Shown in pieces: positions 24,819 to 39,793 of a DNA stretch of 64,000 bases (the first letter of the stretch is position 1; every line of letters starts with the position of its first letter). The translations under genes and the position numbers were made by a program. The notes below the pieces were generated by a model. It was not told the origin of the DNA. It made no database searches and worked only from the letters and a program-made list of their open reading frames with translations. Source of the DNA: the human T2T-CHM13v2.0 reference genome, Homo sapiens; NCBI RefSeq assembly GCF_009914755.1, contig NC_060928.1; one strand, given 5' to 3'.

Positions 24819-25455
24819 ATCAAGTCTTCTTTTTTATTTCTTACTGTTTTACTATTTGATTTTTAATGACATCTAGATAGATGTGTGTATCTTTATTTTA
24901 TATATATATATTTGATGGTTACTCTAGTGTTTACAAAATTTATCTTTCACTTACTATATTCAATCTTTTGGATAAATATACCACATCATCTATGCTATAA
25001 GACTACTGTAGCAGTGTATTCCCATTTATGTCTGTATGCACTGTTGTGCAATTGTGGACATCCACTTCATTTCTACATACGCTATTTTTTAAATACATTG
25101 TGTGTTTTAAATATTGAGTTGTTGTTTAGATAAATGAGGAAACAACACTTTTAAAATTTAATAAAATATTTAACATATCAACCATGCTCCTTCATGAAGA
25201 TCTGTGTTTCTTTTAAGTTATTTCCCTCTACGCTTAAGGAGTTTTTAAAATATTTCTTGTACTGCATGTCCGCTAAGGAAATATTCTGTTTTTTTAGGTG
25301 AAACCACTTTTATTTTCACTGATTTTTTTAAAGATATTTTCCCTGCATATGAAATTCTAAGACAGATTTACTTTATTTCTGTGTTCTTTCAGCATCTTAA
25401 AATTTTGATCTATTGAATTCTGGCTGGCATTGTTCCTGATAAGAAGACAGTTGAC

Positions 25456-25714
25456 TTTTCTGTCCTTGTGAAAGTTTGGGAATTGAACAATGAGAACACT
25501 TGGACACAGGGTGGGGAACATCACACACCAGGGCCTGTCATGGGGTGGGGAGGAAGGGGGGAGGGATAGCATTAGGAGATATACCTAATGTGAATGACGA
25601 GTTAACGGGTGCAGCACACCAACATGGCACATGTATACATTTGTAACAAACCTGCACATTGTGCACATGTACCCTAGAACTTAAAGTATAATAAAAATAA
25701 AAAATAAATAAAAA
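25456..25714 (+). mobile_element. L1PA5-like 5'-truncated insertion with 22-bp 5' inversion
   Basis: Canonical L1PA 3' UTR plus poly-A; TSD aagaagacagttgac (25441-55) / aagaaggcagttgac (25715-29); 25456-77 is antisense L1. Confidence 0.92.
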
Positions 25715-26231
25715 AAGAAGGCAGTTGACATTCCTTTTATTTTTCTTCTGTATATAATACACTGTTTATTACAAGCTACTTTATATTTGATTTTTAGTAA
25801 TCTTATTGTGTTGAATTGAGTGCTTTTTCATTGGATTTATCCTGTTTAAAATGAATTGAGTTTCTTAGGCCTTCAGTTGATATTTTTCATCAAATTAAGT
25901 AAAAACAAAAATTTAGCATTAACTCTTCAAATGTTTTTGAACCTTATTTTCTCTCTCCTTCCTCTAGGACTTCATTACGAGCATGTATGACTGCTTTATT
26001 GTTCCATGGATCTCAAAGTCTCTGTTTATTTATGTATTTATTTTTTTCCTTTCTATACTTCAGTTCAATAGATTGGTCTGTCTTCAAGTTCACTCATTCT
26101 TTATTCTCTAGTATTCAATAGCTGTTAAGTCCACCCTATAGCTTTCTTAATTTCAGATAATTTATTTTTACAGTTTCAACTTATATGGTTTTTATTTTAT
26201 CTGATGAAATTTTCATCTCTTTACCCATTTG

Positions 26232-26546
26232 TTTATTTATTATTACTATTTTTTATTTTAGATGGAGTCTTGCTCTGTTGCCCAGGCTGGAGTACAGTGG
26301 CACGATCTCAGCTCACTGCAACCTCCGCCTCCCAGGTTCAAGCAATTCTCTGCCTCAGCCTCCCAAGTAGCTGGGATTACAGGCACCTACCACCATGCCC
26401 AGCTAATTTTTTGTATTTTTAGTAGAGATGGGGTTTCACCATCTTGGCCAGGCTGGTCTTGAACTCTTGACCTCGTGATCCACCCGCTTCGGCCTCCCAA
26501 AGTCCAAAAGTGCTAGGATTACAGGCATGAGCCACTGCTCCCGGCC
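26232..26546 (-). mobile_element. AluS (Sg4-like)
   Basis: Full dimer; diagnostics caattctctgcc and caccatcttggcc; small internal duplication cccaaagtccaaaagtgct. Confidence 0.92.
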
Positions 26547-27053
26547 TGTGTTTATTTTTTATTGTAAATTCTCAAACATACATGTAATAGCTGTTTTATT
26601 GATTTTTTTCCTATTACTTTCAAAACCTCTGGTCCCCTCTGTATCTGTTTGTATTGACTATTTTCTTTTTCTTATGGTCATATTTTTGCTTCTTCATATG
26701 TCTAGTATATTTTCTTTATAATTTATATCACACATTGTTGGGGCCATGTTGGTGAGCAGCCAGACTTATTTCCTCCTTTTAAAATGGTTGGATTTTGTTC
26801 TGACAAGTAGTTAACTTACTGGTCCAACAACTTGATCTTTTGAGGCTTGGCTTTTACTTTGTTAGAGCACTATTACTATATAACTCTGCTTCTAAGTGTG
26901 GCACTTCTAGGGTCTGAATGCCTGGGGTATTCATCAAAGATTCCTGACTCAGGTTAATCAGAACTCCACTGTTCCTCAGCACTTTGGCTTTTGGAATAGC
27001 TGTTTGGCTCACAGCCTCCAGTAGCTCTTGTCTGTCATGCCTATGGTTTCTGA

Positions 27054-27571
<518 letters not shown>

Positions 27572-27838
27572 TGAGCTACCATTTTTTTAGTGGTGGTTTG
27601 GAAGCGTCCCCAGGTAGAAAGCCAAGCTGAAGTGGAGGTCACCTAATATGTTTACCTTATTGAAAAAGAAAATACAGCCCTACGCTATATGTTATTTAAT
27701 GCCTGAGAAGAGTTTTATTTTATTGATTATCCATTTTCCTAATTATTCATGGAAGAGGGGCGAGTTCGATACTCAATATTTTGTCATAAATATAACTAGC
27801 ACTTTTTAAAATAGTTTTTTGTTTGAATCAGTATTTAA

Positions 27839-28311
<473 letters not shown>

Positions 28312-28444
28312 TAATTTAAGCTCCAAGACATTGCCATGTCCTCTGTAAGATAAGATCCCCATATTCCCTACATATTTTTCACAAAATTTTCATTATACAT
28401 TTATGTATAATGAGATGTTACATTTTCTTAATAGTAAAGCAATT

Positions 28445-29025
28445 CCTCAAAAAAAAAGTACCATGTGATTCAGCAATTTCACTTCTGGCTATACAGCCAA
28501 AATAAGTGAAATCATGGCCTCAAATAGATGCTTATACACCTGTGTTCAGAGCAGCACTATTCTCAATAACCAAAAGGTGGAAGCAACCCCAGTGTCAATC
28601 AGCAGATGACTGGACAAGCAAAATGTGCTATATGCATATAATGCAATATTATCCAGCTTAAAAAGTGAGGAAATTCTGACACATGCTAAAATACGAATTA
28701 ATCTTGAAGACATTATGCTAAATAAAAAAAAATCACAGAAAGACAAATATTATATGTTTCTACTTATATGAGGTACCTAAAGTGTACAAATTCATAGAGA
28801 CAAAACAGATTGGTGGCTGCCAGGGGTTGGGAAGAGAGGAGGTTGGGGAAATAATGTTTAATGTGTACAGTTTCAGTAGGGGAAGATGGAACAGTTCTGA
28901 AGATGGATGGTGGTGATGATTACACACAGTGTGAATGTACTTAATTCCACAATGTTGCACACTTAGAAATGGATTGAAGAGCAAATTTTAAGTTATATGT
29001 ATTTTACCACATAAAAAAGAGATTA
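28445..29025 (+). mobile_element. L1MB 3' end
   Basis: ccaaaaggtggaagcaacccc..gaaattctgacacatgcta..atatgaggtaccta..gtattttaccaca plus A-rich end. Confidence 0.88.
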
Positions 29026-29239
29026 AAAAATAATATAGTTCAGTAGGTTCTTGGCTAGTAAGTTAGACAAAAGATCAGAGGAATAAGACAACTTGGCAGG
29101 AACCTTATGAAAAGGATTCTGCTACTGAAATGGTTAAATTTAATAACTCTTAGGTGGTAAGAAAATGACCCTGTGTCTATGTATTAATTCTTATTACTGG
29201 TATATCCACTGGCCTCTTTCTCATTTCTCCTTGCATGTG

Positions 29240-30110
29240 AAAAAAGTTTTTCTAATTCATGCCCCAAATTGAACTCTTGATCTCCTTTATAAAACACCAC
29301 AAAAAGCTGCTCTTGCTGCATTACATTCCGTCTCAGTGGGTGACAACTCCATCATTCTGATTGATCATGCCAAAATGTTGGAGGCATTTTCCCTTTCTCT
29401 CTCATGATATATCCAGTCGTACAAGAAAATTTACAGGTTCTATTTTCTATTATCCAGGATTAGATCACTTCTACCCTGTTCCAAAGTGACTTCCTTTCTA
29501 GGTGGCAAGCTTTTGTTTGTTTGTTTAATAGCTTTCTACCTGATTTCATTATTTTCTTCCTTGGTGAAAGGCTATTTTCCCTACATCATCCAGGGAAGTT
29601 ATGTTACGTAAATCAGATCATGCTCCTTCACTACTGAAAATTCATTTGATTCCCTTTCTACTTTTAATGAAATCCAGTCATTCCTTAGTCACTCCACCCA
29701 TGCCACATTGACCTCATTTTATTCAAATAAACCAAGTACCTTACCACCTTAGGGGCTTTGCACTCATTATGTCCTGTCCTATAACTGTTTGCCCTCAAAT
29801 ATGAGTTTCATGACTAATTTGCTTACTTTCTTTAGATCTTTATTCAAATTTTACCTTTTTAATTAGGTCTTCACTGAATATTTTTTATTGCGATTTCCTC
29901 CCCCTGCGTATCTATCAGCCTTCTCTGCTGTACTTTTCTTAGTAATATTTATCAGCATCTCACATACTATGTTACTTCTGTGTTTTATTTATTGGTATTC
30001 CCATATTCAATTATAAATTCGATAAGGGCAGGATTTTTTCTCTGTTTGATGTCTAAAACAATTCATAGCATGTAGTAAACCACCCAACATTTTTTAAGTT
30101 AAATGAATAA
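29240..30110 (+). mobile_element. L2 3' portion
   Basis: aaattgaactcttgatc..aaatcagatcatg..ttaggggctttgcact..gagggcagg-like..aaatgaataa end. Confidence 0.7.
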
Positions 30111-30444
30111 TAACATACCTTTACTTTATGACTAAGGAGTATGTTAAAGGCCTAATGGGTAAAATTACTATCGTAGAAGCAAGAAATCTCACTCAAAGTC
30201 TGAAGTAATTCAATACGTTAGTCACTGGTGTCTGCTACTTGGGTATGGAAAGAAGATTAGTGTGGGTCATGTAGCACCGTCTATTGCATTTGGAATTAGC
30301 TCTGCAAGATCCCATGTAGTTGGTGTTACTTTTTTTAAAATAAATTGATGAGCACCTTAAAAAAAAAAACCTTAGATTCAGGGACTAATACTGATAATGT
30401 ATGCTTTGATGACAGTATTAAAAATAAATGAGTTATCAGAGAGT

Positions 30445-30682
30445 GTAAGCATTTATGAAACGTTTGCTATGTATCGGATACTCTCCTGGGCCCTTTAGAT
30501 ATCATTTTCACATGCTATTTTATTCAGTTCTAATCAATGCACTACAAAGTGTGTATTTCTATTGGCATATTTTCAAAAGTGAAACTTGAGGATTATAGAA
30601 TAAGAATCATTTGTCAAATCCCATAAAATGAGTAACTTGTAGAGTTGGCATACCTTGTGACATCTCTCCGACTGCAAATAGC
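30445..30682 (-). mobile_element. MIR
   Basis: Degenerate reverse MIR (cattttc..gaaacttgaggatt..ttgtcaaatcccata). Confidence 0.55.
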
Positions 30683-32859
30683 TTTTTTTTTTTTTTTTAA
30701 TCCTCCCAGTATCTTATAGTAGAGAACATGTGTCCCTTGGAAATTAATTAAATATTAGCAGAAATAAATGTGATCAGTTTTAAATGTAGCTTCAATTCCT
30801 AAACATCTATTTTCAGAACTCTTCTCTGTTAAACCATGGAAGGATCTATTTCCTTCTTTTCATAAGTCTTTGGTCAAGCCTTGAAAATTAAAATCGTTGT
30901 ACTGATTCAACCAGTATGGTCTTTTTAAGTTTTATTGGATTTTTGTTTGTCTTTAGTTCTTTTATTTTTTGCAGTTTTAATCTGTGCACAGAGAACATCT
31001 TTCTAGCTTGTAAATACACATCAGACACACCCTGCTGTTTCCTAGAAGTCTATTCCTTGTTGCTGTTAATAGCAGAGCAGCATTTTTTTCTTAGTCACCA
31101 TTTCTTCCTGCATACAGAACCATTACCCTCTGTCTACTTCTATCACCCTGAAATCTTCCATCTTACTTTTCAGATGTTTTTCACTATACCTATTTCAAGA
31201 AATCAGGTACTAAAAATAAATAATTATTCTCTGATATTCAACCTATTTTTAACACCTCAACTATTTATTTTTAATACCTGATTTCTTGAAAAAGCATATT
31301 GTTAAGGAAGTAAGGTATCTTCATTAATATACATCTTTCACAACTGAACAGGTTCATTTTTATAAACTAGCACTTGTTTTTCATTTTATACTCAAATTTA
31401 TTTAGATCTGTTAATTGCGTCTGAATAGTATGTGAAAACTGTCATCATTCAGCTTGGGAAAAATATTCTCATAATGAAGTTATTTACAGCTATGTCTGTC
31501 ATTAGTGTCATTAGTACCACTAATAGAAAATAAGAAAATTGGAATGGCAAAATTTAGACATATAATTGATTTCTTTCTTCTGATACGTAATTGCAAGTGC
31601 TAAAACTTCCTAGATGTTAAATTGACTGAAAAAAAAAAAACATATCAAAGAAGCAGATGTATGTTGCAGGGATGGAGGGTTCACTGTATTTGATATTTAT
31701 ATAGCTCTGTGAGTGACTCAATTCAACTTTCCTGGCTTAGGGGAAAAGGGTTAATGTTTGGCCTGACCGGTGAGTCCCAATGATAAGAGGTCAGGAAGAA
31801 CTCTTTACTGGAGTTTTAGAAGGTAATAGAATAATGAAGGATGCAGCTATGAGTCTAGCAAATTGTGAATGTAAACAGAGGGCATTTTAGGGAAATCATT
31901 TAGTGTAAGTTTTTTTACCATGGTGGATGCGATATGAAAGAATAGACACAAGACAAATTCGAATCCAAAATTTACCTTAAATATATAGCTATAACTTACA
32001 TTAAAGAATCTAACAACTTAATTTTACCATTCACACATTTAATAAGTGTACATTCAGAAATGTACTCTTCAGTGAACTGTAGGAATACAAATGTGAATCA
32101 AATTAGTCAAGGATTAGGCCCTGAAAATTAAATTGTGATCACATGTTAAGTGTGCACAAATATTTAAACACAAAGTAGAAAATGATATATTTTTAAAAGA
32201 GGTCTCCCCCAAAAACAAGCAGTAAAAGAAAGGGGGTAATTTTCATCAGCTGCGGAAGCTTTAGGGAGAAGTAGCAACTAAACTGAATCTTGAACAGTTT
32301 GATAAAGGCAACTAAGTAGATGAACAGCATAAAGAATAATGAAAACAACAGATTCGTTGTTATTTTAGAACAATAATCACAGGGTCAGAGCTGTAGTCAT
32401 GGAAGAATACATGACAAGGGAGAACCCTTAGGTAAAGTCACTAATGAAAATGCACAGTTTAATCCCAGACATGAGGAATGGCAAGTGTACAAGGCATATG
32501 CATTTGCAGCACAAAGAGAATCACAAAAGAAAAATGAGATTTCTGTCCCAGAGATACTTAGGTGGCAATTTCTGTGCCAGAATTACTTAGGTGATTGGAA
32601 ATGTAAAGCATGAACTCAAATCTGAAGGTAACTGTCCAAGGGTCAAGAGTTACTGATTTTGCTAAGAAAACAATATAGAAAGAAAAAGAAGATTAAAGTA
32701 ATTTTCTTAAGAAATACCTATATTTAAAGAATAAAAGAAATTTGAGAATGAAGAGAAATTGGAAACAATCCAGGAGAGAATAGCACCACAGAAACCTTTA
32801 AAAAGAATTTCAAATAAAAGGATTATTGATACTGTACATTAAGATTGGTTGCAGCTTAC

Positions 32860-33470
32860 AAAAGCTACATATTCTATATATGGATTTATATGAGGCTATA
32901 GAAAAGATAAAACTACAGGGACAGGGAACACATCAGTGATTGCCAGCGACTGTGGGTGAGGGTAATTGTTGAAGACAAAGGGAAAGCATAAGGTGATTTT
33001 TGAATTGATGAAACTGTTCTTTATCAATATTGTGGGTGTGGATCATGAACCTATGCACTGTTCAAAACCCATAGAACTCATTGTTCAATTCCCACCTATG
33101 AGTGAGAACATGTGGTGTTTGGTTTTTTGTCCTTGCGATAGTTTGCTGAGAATGATGGTTTCTAGCTTCTTCCACGTCCCTACAAAGGGCATGAACTCAT
33201 CATTTTTTATGGCTGCACAGGAAGGGGAACATTACACACTGGGGCCTATTGTGGGGTGGGGAGAAGGGGGAGGGATAGCATTAAGAGATATACCTAATGT
33301 TAAATGATGAGTTAATGGGTGCAGCACACCAACATGGCACATGTATACATATGTAACAAACCTGCACATTGTGCACATGTACCCTAGAACTTAAAGTATA
33401 ATTTAAAAAAACCCATGGAATTGTACACAAGAAAGAGTGATTTTACCAATTGTAAATTTTTCTAAAAATT
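32860..33470 (+). mobile_element. Old L1ME-like 3' end hosting an L1PA insertion
   Basis: atcagtgattgccag..gatgaaactgttct..caaaacccatagaa|ttgtacac..gagtgattttac. Confidence 0.7.
33077..33407 (+). mobile_element. L1PA4-like twin-primed insertion (~140 bp inverted, ~190 bp sense)
   Basis: 33077-~33217 is antisense L1 3' sequence, then sense 3' UTR with gttaaatga and poly-A; TSD aaaacccatagaa (33064-76) / aaaacccatggaa (33408-20). Confidence 0.92.
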
Positions 33471-34059
33471 AAGTAACAGAAAAAGAGAAAAACAATAGAG
33501 TCATTGGTTTGTTGATTTAAAAATGTATATTCAGAATGTGGAAGATGAAGGGTATATGGTAAAGAAATGGAAGCCATATGCATTCTGTTTTCAAAACGTT
33601 TCCCAGTTAAGAAGAAAAAAAAAGAAGGTAGCTTCAGGACATACCTCAGTTGATTAAAGAAAGGTTATTTAAAGAGAGGAAACTTGGAGATGTCTTTTAT
33701 AGAGGTTAAAAAAGAACATACATATTCAAAGGAGAGTAAATAATTAATAAAGAAAATCTTTGAGGCCATTGGAGGTAACGGAAAGAGAGAAAGAGTCTTT
33801 TTTTTTTAATATACTTAAAAGAGGGCAAAAGGAATAGAGAATGAATATAGATAGAATCATTTTAAGGGATCATCACTTCAACATGAATCTTGTTAAAAGA
33901 TTGTTCACTGGAATTTGAGATGGAACTATAGCAAAATCTTGTTTAGCCAGGTCTAAGACACCTTTCTTATTAATAGAGTCCAAATATTCAGGTTTCTTAA
34001 CCTCCCAAATGCCCTGCCCTCTTATGAGTCCCAAAGTGCAAGTGTTGATTGGTCTAAAC

Positions 34060-34189
34060 CAATGGCTCTCTGTATGGTCCGTAGACCAGCAACAGCACCA
34101 TCACCTGGGAATTTGGTAAGCCCAGAGATCTGTGTTTTTAAAAAGCCTTTGATGCGATTTTGATCTACAGTAAGCTTTGAGAACTACTG
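34060..34189. mobile_element. MER5A (hAT-Charlie MITE)
   Basis: caatggctctc..gaccagcaacagcaccatcacctgggaa..ttgagaactactg; 8-bp TSD gtctaaac/gtctaagc. Confidence 0.85.
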
Positions 34190-34392
34190 GTCTAAGCCTG
34201 AAAGTATACTTCCATTTCATATCTTTGTGATTACACATGAGTATACCATTCAAACCCAGCCAAGGAAAAAAACTGGGAAGATTGCTGTTTGTTATTGGTG
34301 AACGATTTCTTTCTGAGAAGAGACACCCAGGGGCAATCAGCCTTTTCTGCTTTTGGATTGGTCATATGTGGATGAGATATTAAAATCGCAGG

Positions 34393-34393
<1 letters not shown>

Positions 34394-34437
<44 letters not shown>
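34394..34437. repeat. Perfect (CA)22 microsatellite
   Basis: Seen directly. Confidence 0.97.
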
Positions 34438-34441
<4 letters not shown>

Positions 34442-34740
34442 TCACCTTGGGGAGGAAACATAAACATAATAGCCGATATGTTGCATATGGTGGAATGAAA
34501 ACTTGGAAGGCACCTGGGTTATTGAGGACATCCTTATGTCACTAAAATTTAGTAAACTTAAAACTGTCTGTATCTGGTAAATTACTAGTAAGTTAATAAA
34601 TGATCTCATTGATTAAGCCACTATTAATTGTGGCATCTTATGCTTGTAGCCACAGGCATCAAAACTGATATGAAAAATAACAAATTGGTTCTGTTACATT
34701 CTCCAGCATCTTCCTTCCTTTAAAAATATTCTAGTTAATA

Positions 34741-35083
<343 letters not shown>

Positions 35084-35269
35084 TCAACAAATATGAGCAT
35101 ATCAGCATCATCTTTGCCTAGACAGAAGTGCACAATCTGAAACCAGATATCAAGATATTTACCAAGTCATTATTATCAAGAGAAGTGGTGTTTTTGGCAA
35201 ACTTGAGCAGCCTAATTCCACAAATACCTTACCATTAGGATTTAATTTGCCTGGAATAAAAAAGCAATA

Positions 35270-35830
35270 TAAAAAGAAGGAAAATGAGGATGATGAAGAA
35301 AATATACTTACATTTTTATAATCCTTGAATAATGATGAATATGAATTTCATTATATAGTTATCTTTAGTTTTTGTATATTTAAATTATTTTATATTAAAA
35401 AAATACATCAAAGCAAAACAAAAAAGATTAAAAATAAAAGGATAGAAAAATACAAATGCATGAAAACAAATTTAGCTATTTTATTATAAGACAAATGTCA
35501 TTTAAAGCAAAAATAAATTCAGTTACATAATAAAATAATCTTTCATAATTTTTAAATATGTATACATATAGAAGCAATAGTTAAAACATATAGAACAAAT
35601 GTTGATATGATTATAAGGAGAAATCAAGAAATTTGCATCACTGGAAGATTTTTAACATATCTCTCTTTAAAAAATGGTCAAAAACACAATTAGGCTGTGA
35701 TTAACTTAGCCAAAAATATTACCTCAAATAAATAGATTTGTAGAGTATAATGCAATCAATGGATAAAATAAATTCTTTTAAAATAAATATAAAAGGTTTA
35801 GAAAATTTGATGTACTAGCAAGTAAATAAA
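35270..35830 (+). mobile_element. Highly degenerate old L1 fragments
   Basis: A-rich with endonuclease-region remnants (ttaaaaataaaaggatagaaaaa..ggaagatttttaacatatctctct). Confidence 0.45.
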
Positions 35831-36899
35831 GTAGAATACCATTATGTAAATTTTAAAAATATGAAAAACAATCATATGTAATTTATACTATCATATATAA
35901 AAGTACAATATTTTGTGTGGGAATGAAATTTTAATATCTAATTTCAGAGGTGGGTTATGTTTGAAGTGCTTAAAGTGCAGAGTGATTATCCTTGGTTACA
36001 CAGGGGGCCAGTGGGAAAAATAGAGGTAAAACTCACATTTGATTTCTTGGATTTTTTTTTACTATTAGTTAAACATAATTTTACTATAATGGAAATAAGG
36101 TTGTACAGTGTAATTTTATTACTTCAATATACCTACAATTATTTACAGTAAGTATAAATTTCTGTAAATGAGAATGTGACATTCTCTTTCTCCTCTGCCC
36201 CTCATTTCTTGTTCTGTCTTTCCTAACAAGAACATCATGTTAGGATTATTTTAAATTTAATGGGTCTGTATTTGTGAATTACAATGATCAAATTGTATTA
36301 CAAACAGGCAGATAGTAATTCCAATTATTTGTATTTAGAGAAAACTTTTTCATGAACAGAGTTAAAATTATGAGCCAGGATTTAACTACTAATGTCTGTG
36401 AACAAGACATGTATATTGCCACACATTACCTGAAGGTATTTGTAAAGCAGTTTTATCTACTCTAAAGCAGGTGACGTATATAATGAAGCCAAGGAAATAA
36501 GGATAACATAATGTTTGTGGTTGTCAGATGATTTTTAGACTTATGAAATATCCCGAATCAAGCATTTTATATTTTTAATACATATCAGAAGAAAGTTCTT
36601 GGATTTATCTTCTGTGCTAATTTATATTAAGTCTTGCAGTATTTTATTTAGAATGATAGTGTCTGACATGAATGTCTTCAGCTTTCTAATTACTACTAAT
36701 ACTCTCAAAGTGAATGTAGTTAAACCCAATTATATATCTAGTTACTGAAATATCAATAATAAACCATATAATGCTTACTTATTTCCTTTGTTAACTCGTA
36801 AATTTATTTTACTAAATCTTACTCGAGGCAGCTATTAAATAGATTAATGAATAATTGTTAAAATTTAATTTTTCAAATCTAAATATTTTATCATTATAG

Positions 36900-37230
36900 A
36901 AATGTTCTACTTACTTTTGTCATGTGTCTACTCTGTGAAAACATTGTTCTGAACTGTATAGTAGCTAGAGAGGAGAGGGATTGAGAAATCAGTTGTAAAG
37001 ATGCATAAGATAGTCTTGATGCTCTTAGGAATTTCCCGTGCCCAGGTAAGGGAGACAGGTAAATACAAGTGAAAGATGCTACAATAAAAAATATAGTAGA
37101 GAAATGGGGTTTACTTCCTGGAAGAATCAGGGAAGGATGAAGTGACATTTGTGCTGGAATCCTGACAGATGAGTGAGAACTCATCAGGAAAAAGGGAAGT
37201 GGCATATTACAGATAAGTTAAAAAATAGAC
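36900..37230 (-). mobile_element. L2 fragment
   Basis: gggagacaggtaaat..aatcagggaagg..gaagtgacatttgtgctgg. Confidence 0.55.
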
Positions 37231-39269
37231 AAAAGTTTTAGAAAACTTAATCTCATATGAGTTAACATGCCTAGAAATTTAAATGGATATAATACTTTCA
37301 TAGTAATGAATTTTTAACTATCTGCACATATTTTCATAGAGTTCACTGATTTTATTAAATGACAGTACACTCATATGATGTGGATAAATACAAATATATG
37401 ACCATATAATTTTAATATCCAAGATGTTGCCAACCCTAAAGAATGATGGGAGTGAGGATGCAGAATTCCCTCAGCTTAGAATCTCTCATCTTTATATTCT
37501 CTACCTGTTCTATCATCCTGATTTAGGCAGTCCTTGGAACTATAGTCTCTATTCAACACATTTTTGAAAATGCTAATCTATTTTCAAAACAGTCCAACCC
37601 CTTCAGTAAAGTGAGTATGATTTTGTACAATATGCCACAAAATTTTAAGAAAATTTGAATCACATTTTCTTTACTCTCAGTTTAACGTTACTTTCAGTGC
37701 TTCTTGCTGCATCATTGGTATCTTATAATTAGAACTAAATAGGTATGAAAAAAATCAATTTACATTCTGGAGAAAAAAGAAGCTGAATGACTCTCTCTGT
37801 AAAGTTTTCCTTTCATCTTGATGAAGTCCCTTCATTCATTGCTTAAAGATTAACAGTAAGATTAACATTGTAACCCATTTAGTTAGCTGGAGGGAATTTC
37901 ATTCCTGCTTAAATTCAAGCATTTAAAGCCTCAAACTACTTAAAATTAAATTGGCCCCATAGAGAAAGCACATCACCATGAGTATTACTTAAAGATGGTA
38001 TCAACCTTCAGGAATATATCTTAATTGGTAATGACAAAAAATAAATAATAATAAAATTTTAAATGCTATTTCTGTTATGTGGGAATTTTCTAGTTTTTTG
38101 GATGTTACAATTAAATATCCTTGCTTAGTAGACATTTTTATATATCTCCAATGTTATCAAATGTCAGGTCTATCATGTATCAAAAGCAATCTCTTGGGTT
38201 GTGTTGCCTTGACAACAAATCTTGGTTTCGTTGTTCTTGTTAAGTTGAATTCTTGGATTCTGAGAATTTAATAAAACGCTTGCTGGATTCAAATCAGTGA
38301 CCTTTCTCAGAGCTGTAAAAACAACTGATCATTCACTAAACCATTCATCAAGTTAAGATAAATATACCTGTTAATATTTGTGTTCCTACTCAGTTTGGAT
38401 ACAAGTCAAAATAATTTGATAATATTATTTTTATTCTTTAAAATTATTTTATAAGAATTAGTAATTTATTTAAAAAATTAGCAATGTTATTTCTAAGGGA
38501 TACTAATTGTGATATGAAAGACAAGTCCTCTTGTCAAAGCATTTTGTATTCAGAAATGAGTAAACTACTTTAAATTAAAAAGTAGATCACAGGTTTAATA
38601 TCTAGAGTTTTTCAAAAAATATGTGTTTCAGCAATTTTATAAAGTTTGAACCTGTTAAGCTAGGTTTTAAATTATTTGAATGTTTTTTGAAATTTCCTTC
38701 TCTGTCTTGTCATTATAAGTTAGATTTTGTTCCACTTTTATTTATTTCATGTAAGGCTGATATCTCACAAACTTCAAATAAGTCATAAATTAACTACAGC
38801 ATCATTTGCAAATCTTCCATTTTCTGGAGTTACCATGCCTTTTGAGATTTAAGCAAAATTGAACCAAACATTCATTGATTTTTCACAAGATACGGATTTT
38901 TTTGATTTTTTTTTTTTTCAGGAAAGAGGCCCGTGTACTTGCAATTGCTCTTCTAGTCATTTCTTGTGCAAACCTGCTCTTTTTGAAGCACACCAACTCA
39001 ATGAAGATACTGTTGACTATAATTCTTACCAGAAATATATATACACAGATAACCTGTATATATATGTAGATATATAGATTGGAAATATTGAAGATTTGAT
39101 TCCATACCACCACAATAAAGTAACTATTGCAATAAAGCAATTCACACACTGTTTTTAGCTTCCAAGTGAAAATAACACTTATGTTTATGTGATACTGTAG
39201 TCTATTAAGTGTGCACTAGCATTGTGTCCAAATAAAATGTAGATATATTATTTAAAAATACCTTATTGG

Positions 39270-39560
39270 GGCCGGGCATGGTGGCTCAAGCCTGTAATCC
39301 CAGCACTTGGGGAGGCCGAGGTGGGCGGATCATGAGGTGAGGAGATCGAGACCATCCTGGCTAACACGGTGAAACCCCATCTCTACTAAAAATACAAAAA
39401 ATTAGCTGGGCGTTGTGGCCCGCGCCTATAATCGCAGCTACTCAGGAGGCTGAGACAGAAGAATCACTTGAACCCAGGAGGCGGAGCTTGCAGTGAGCCA
39501 AGATTGCACCACTGCACTCCAGCCTGGGCGACAAAGCAAGACTCCCTCTCAAAAAAATAA
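39270..39560 (+). mobile_element. AluY/Sc8-like, inside Tigger1
   Basis: Full dimer; accatcctggctaacacgg; degenerate TSD accttattg/acctttttg. Confidence 0.92.
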
Positions 39561-39758
39561 AACCTTTTTGCTAAAAAAAGGCTAATGATCATGTGAACTT
39601 TCAGTAAGTCAGAATCTTTTTGCTGATGGAGGGTCATGCCTCGATGTTGATGGCTGCTGACTGATCACAGTGGTGGTTGCTGAAGGTTGGGGATGCTGTG
39701 GCCATTTTTAAAAATGAGATAGCCATGATGTTTGCCACATTGGTTGACCCTTCTTCTT

Positions 39759-39760
<2 letters not shown>

Positions 39761-39793
<33 letters not shown>

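Larger units (their letters stand above)
33928..34670 (+). mobile_element. Old MLT1 (H-K class) MaLR LTR
   Basis: gattggtctaa, ggaaggcacctggg..gaggacatc, aataaa..ttaagccact..cttgtagcc..actgata end. Confidence 0.6.

Noticed and set aside
25540-25566. G-quadruplex motif (also 33252-33275)
   Set aside because: Standard G-rich tract of the L1PA 3' UTR, not locus-specific.
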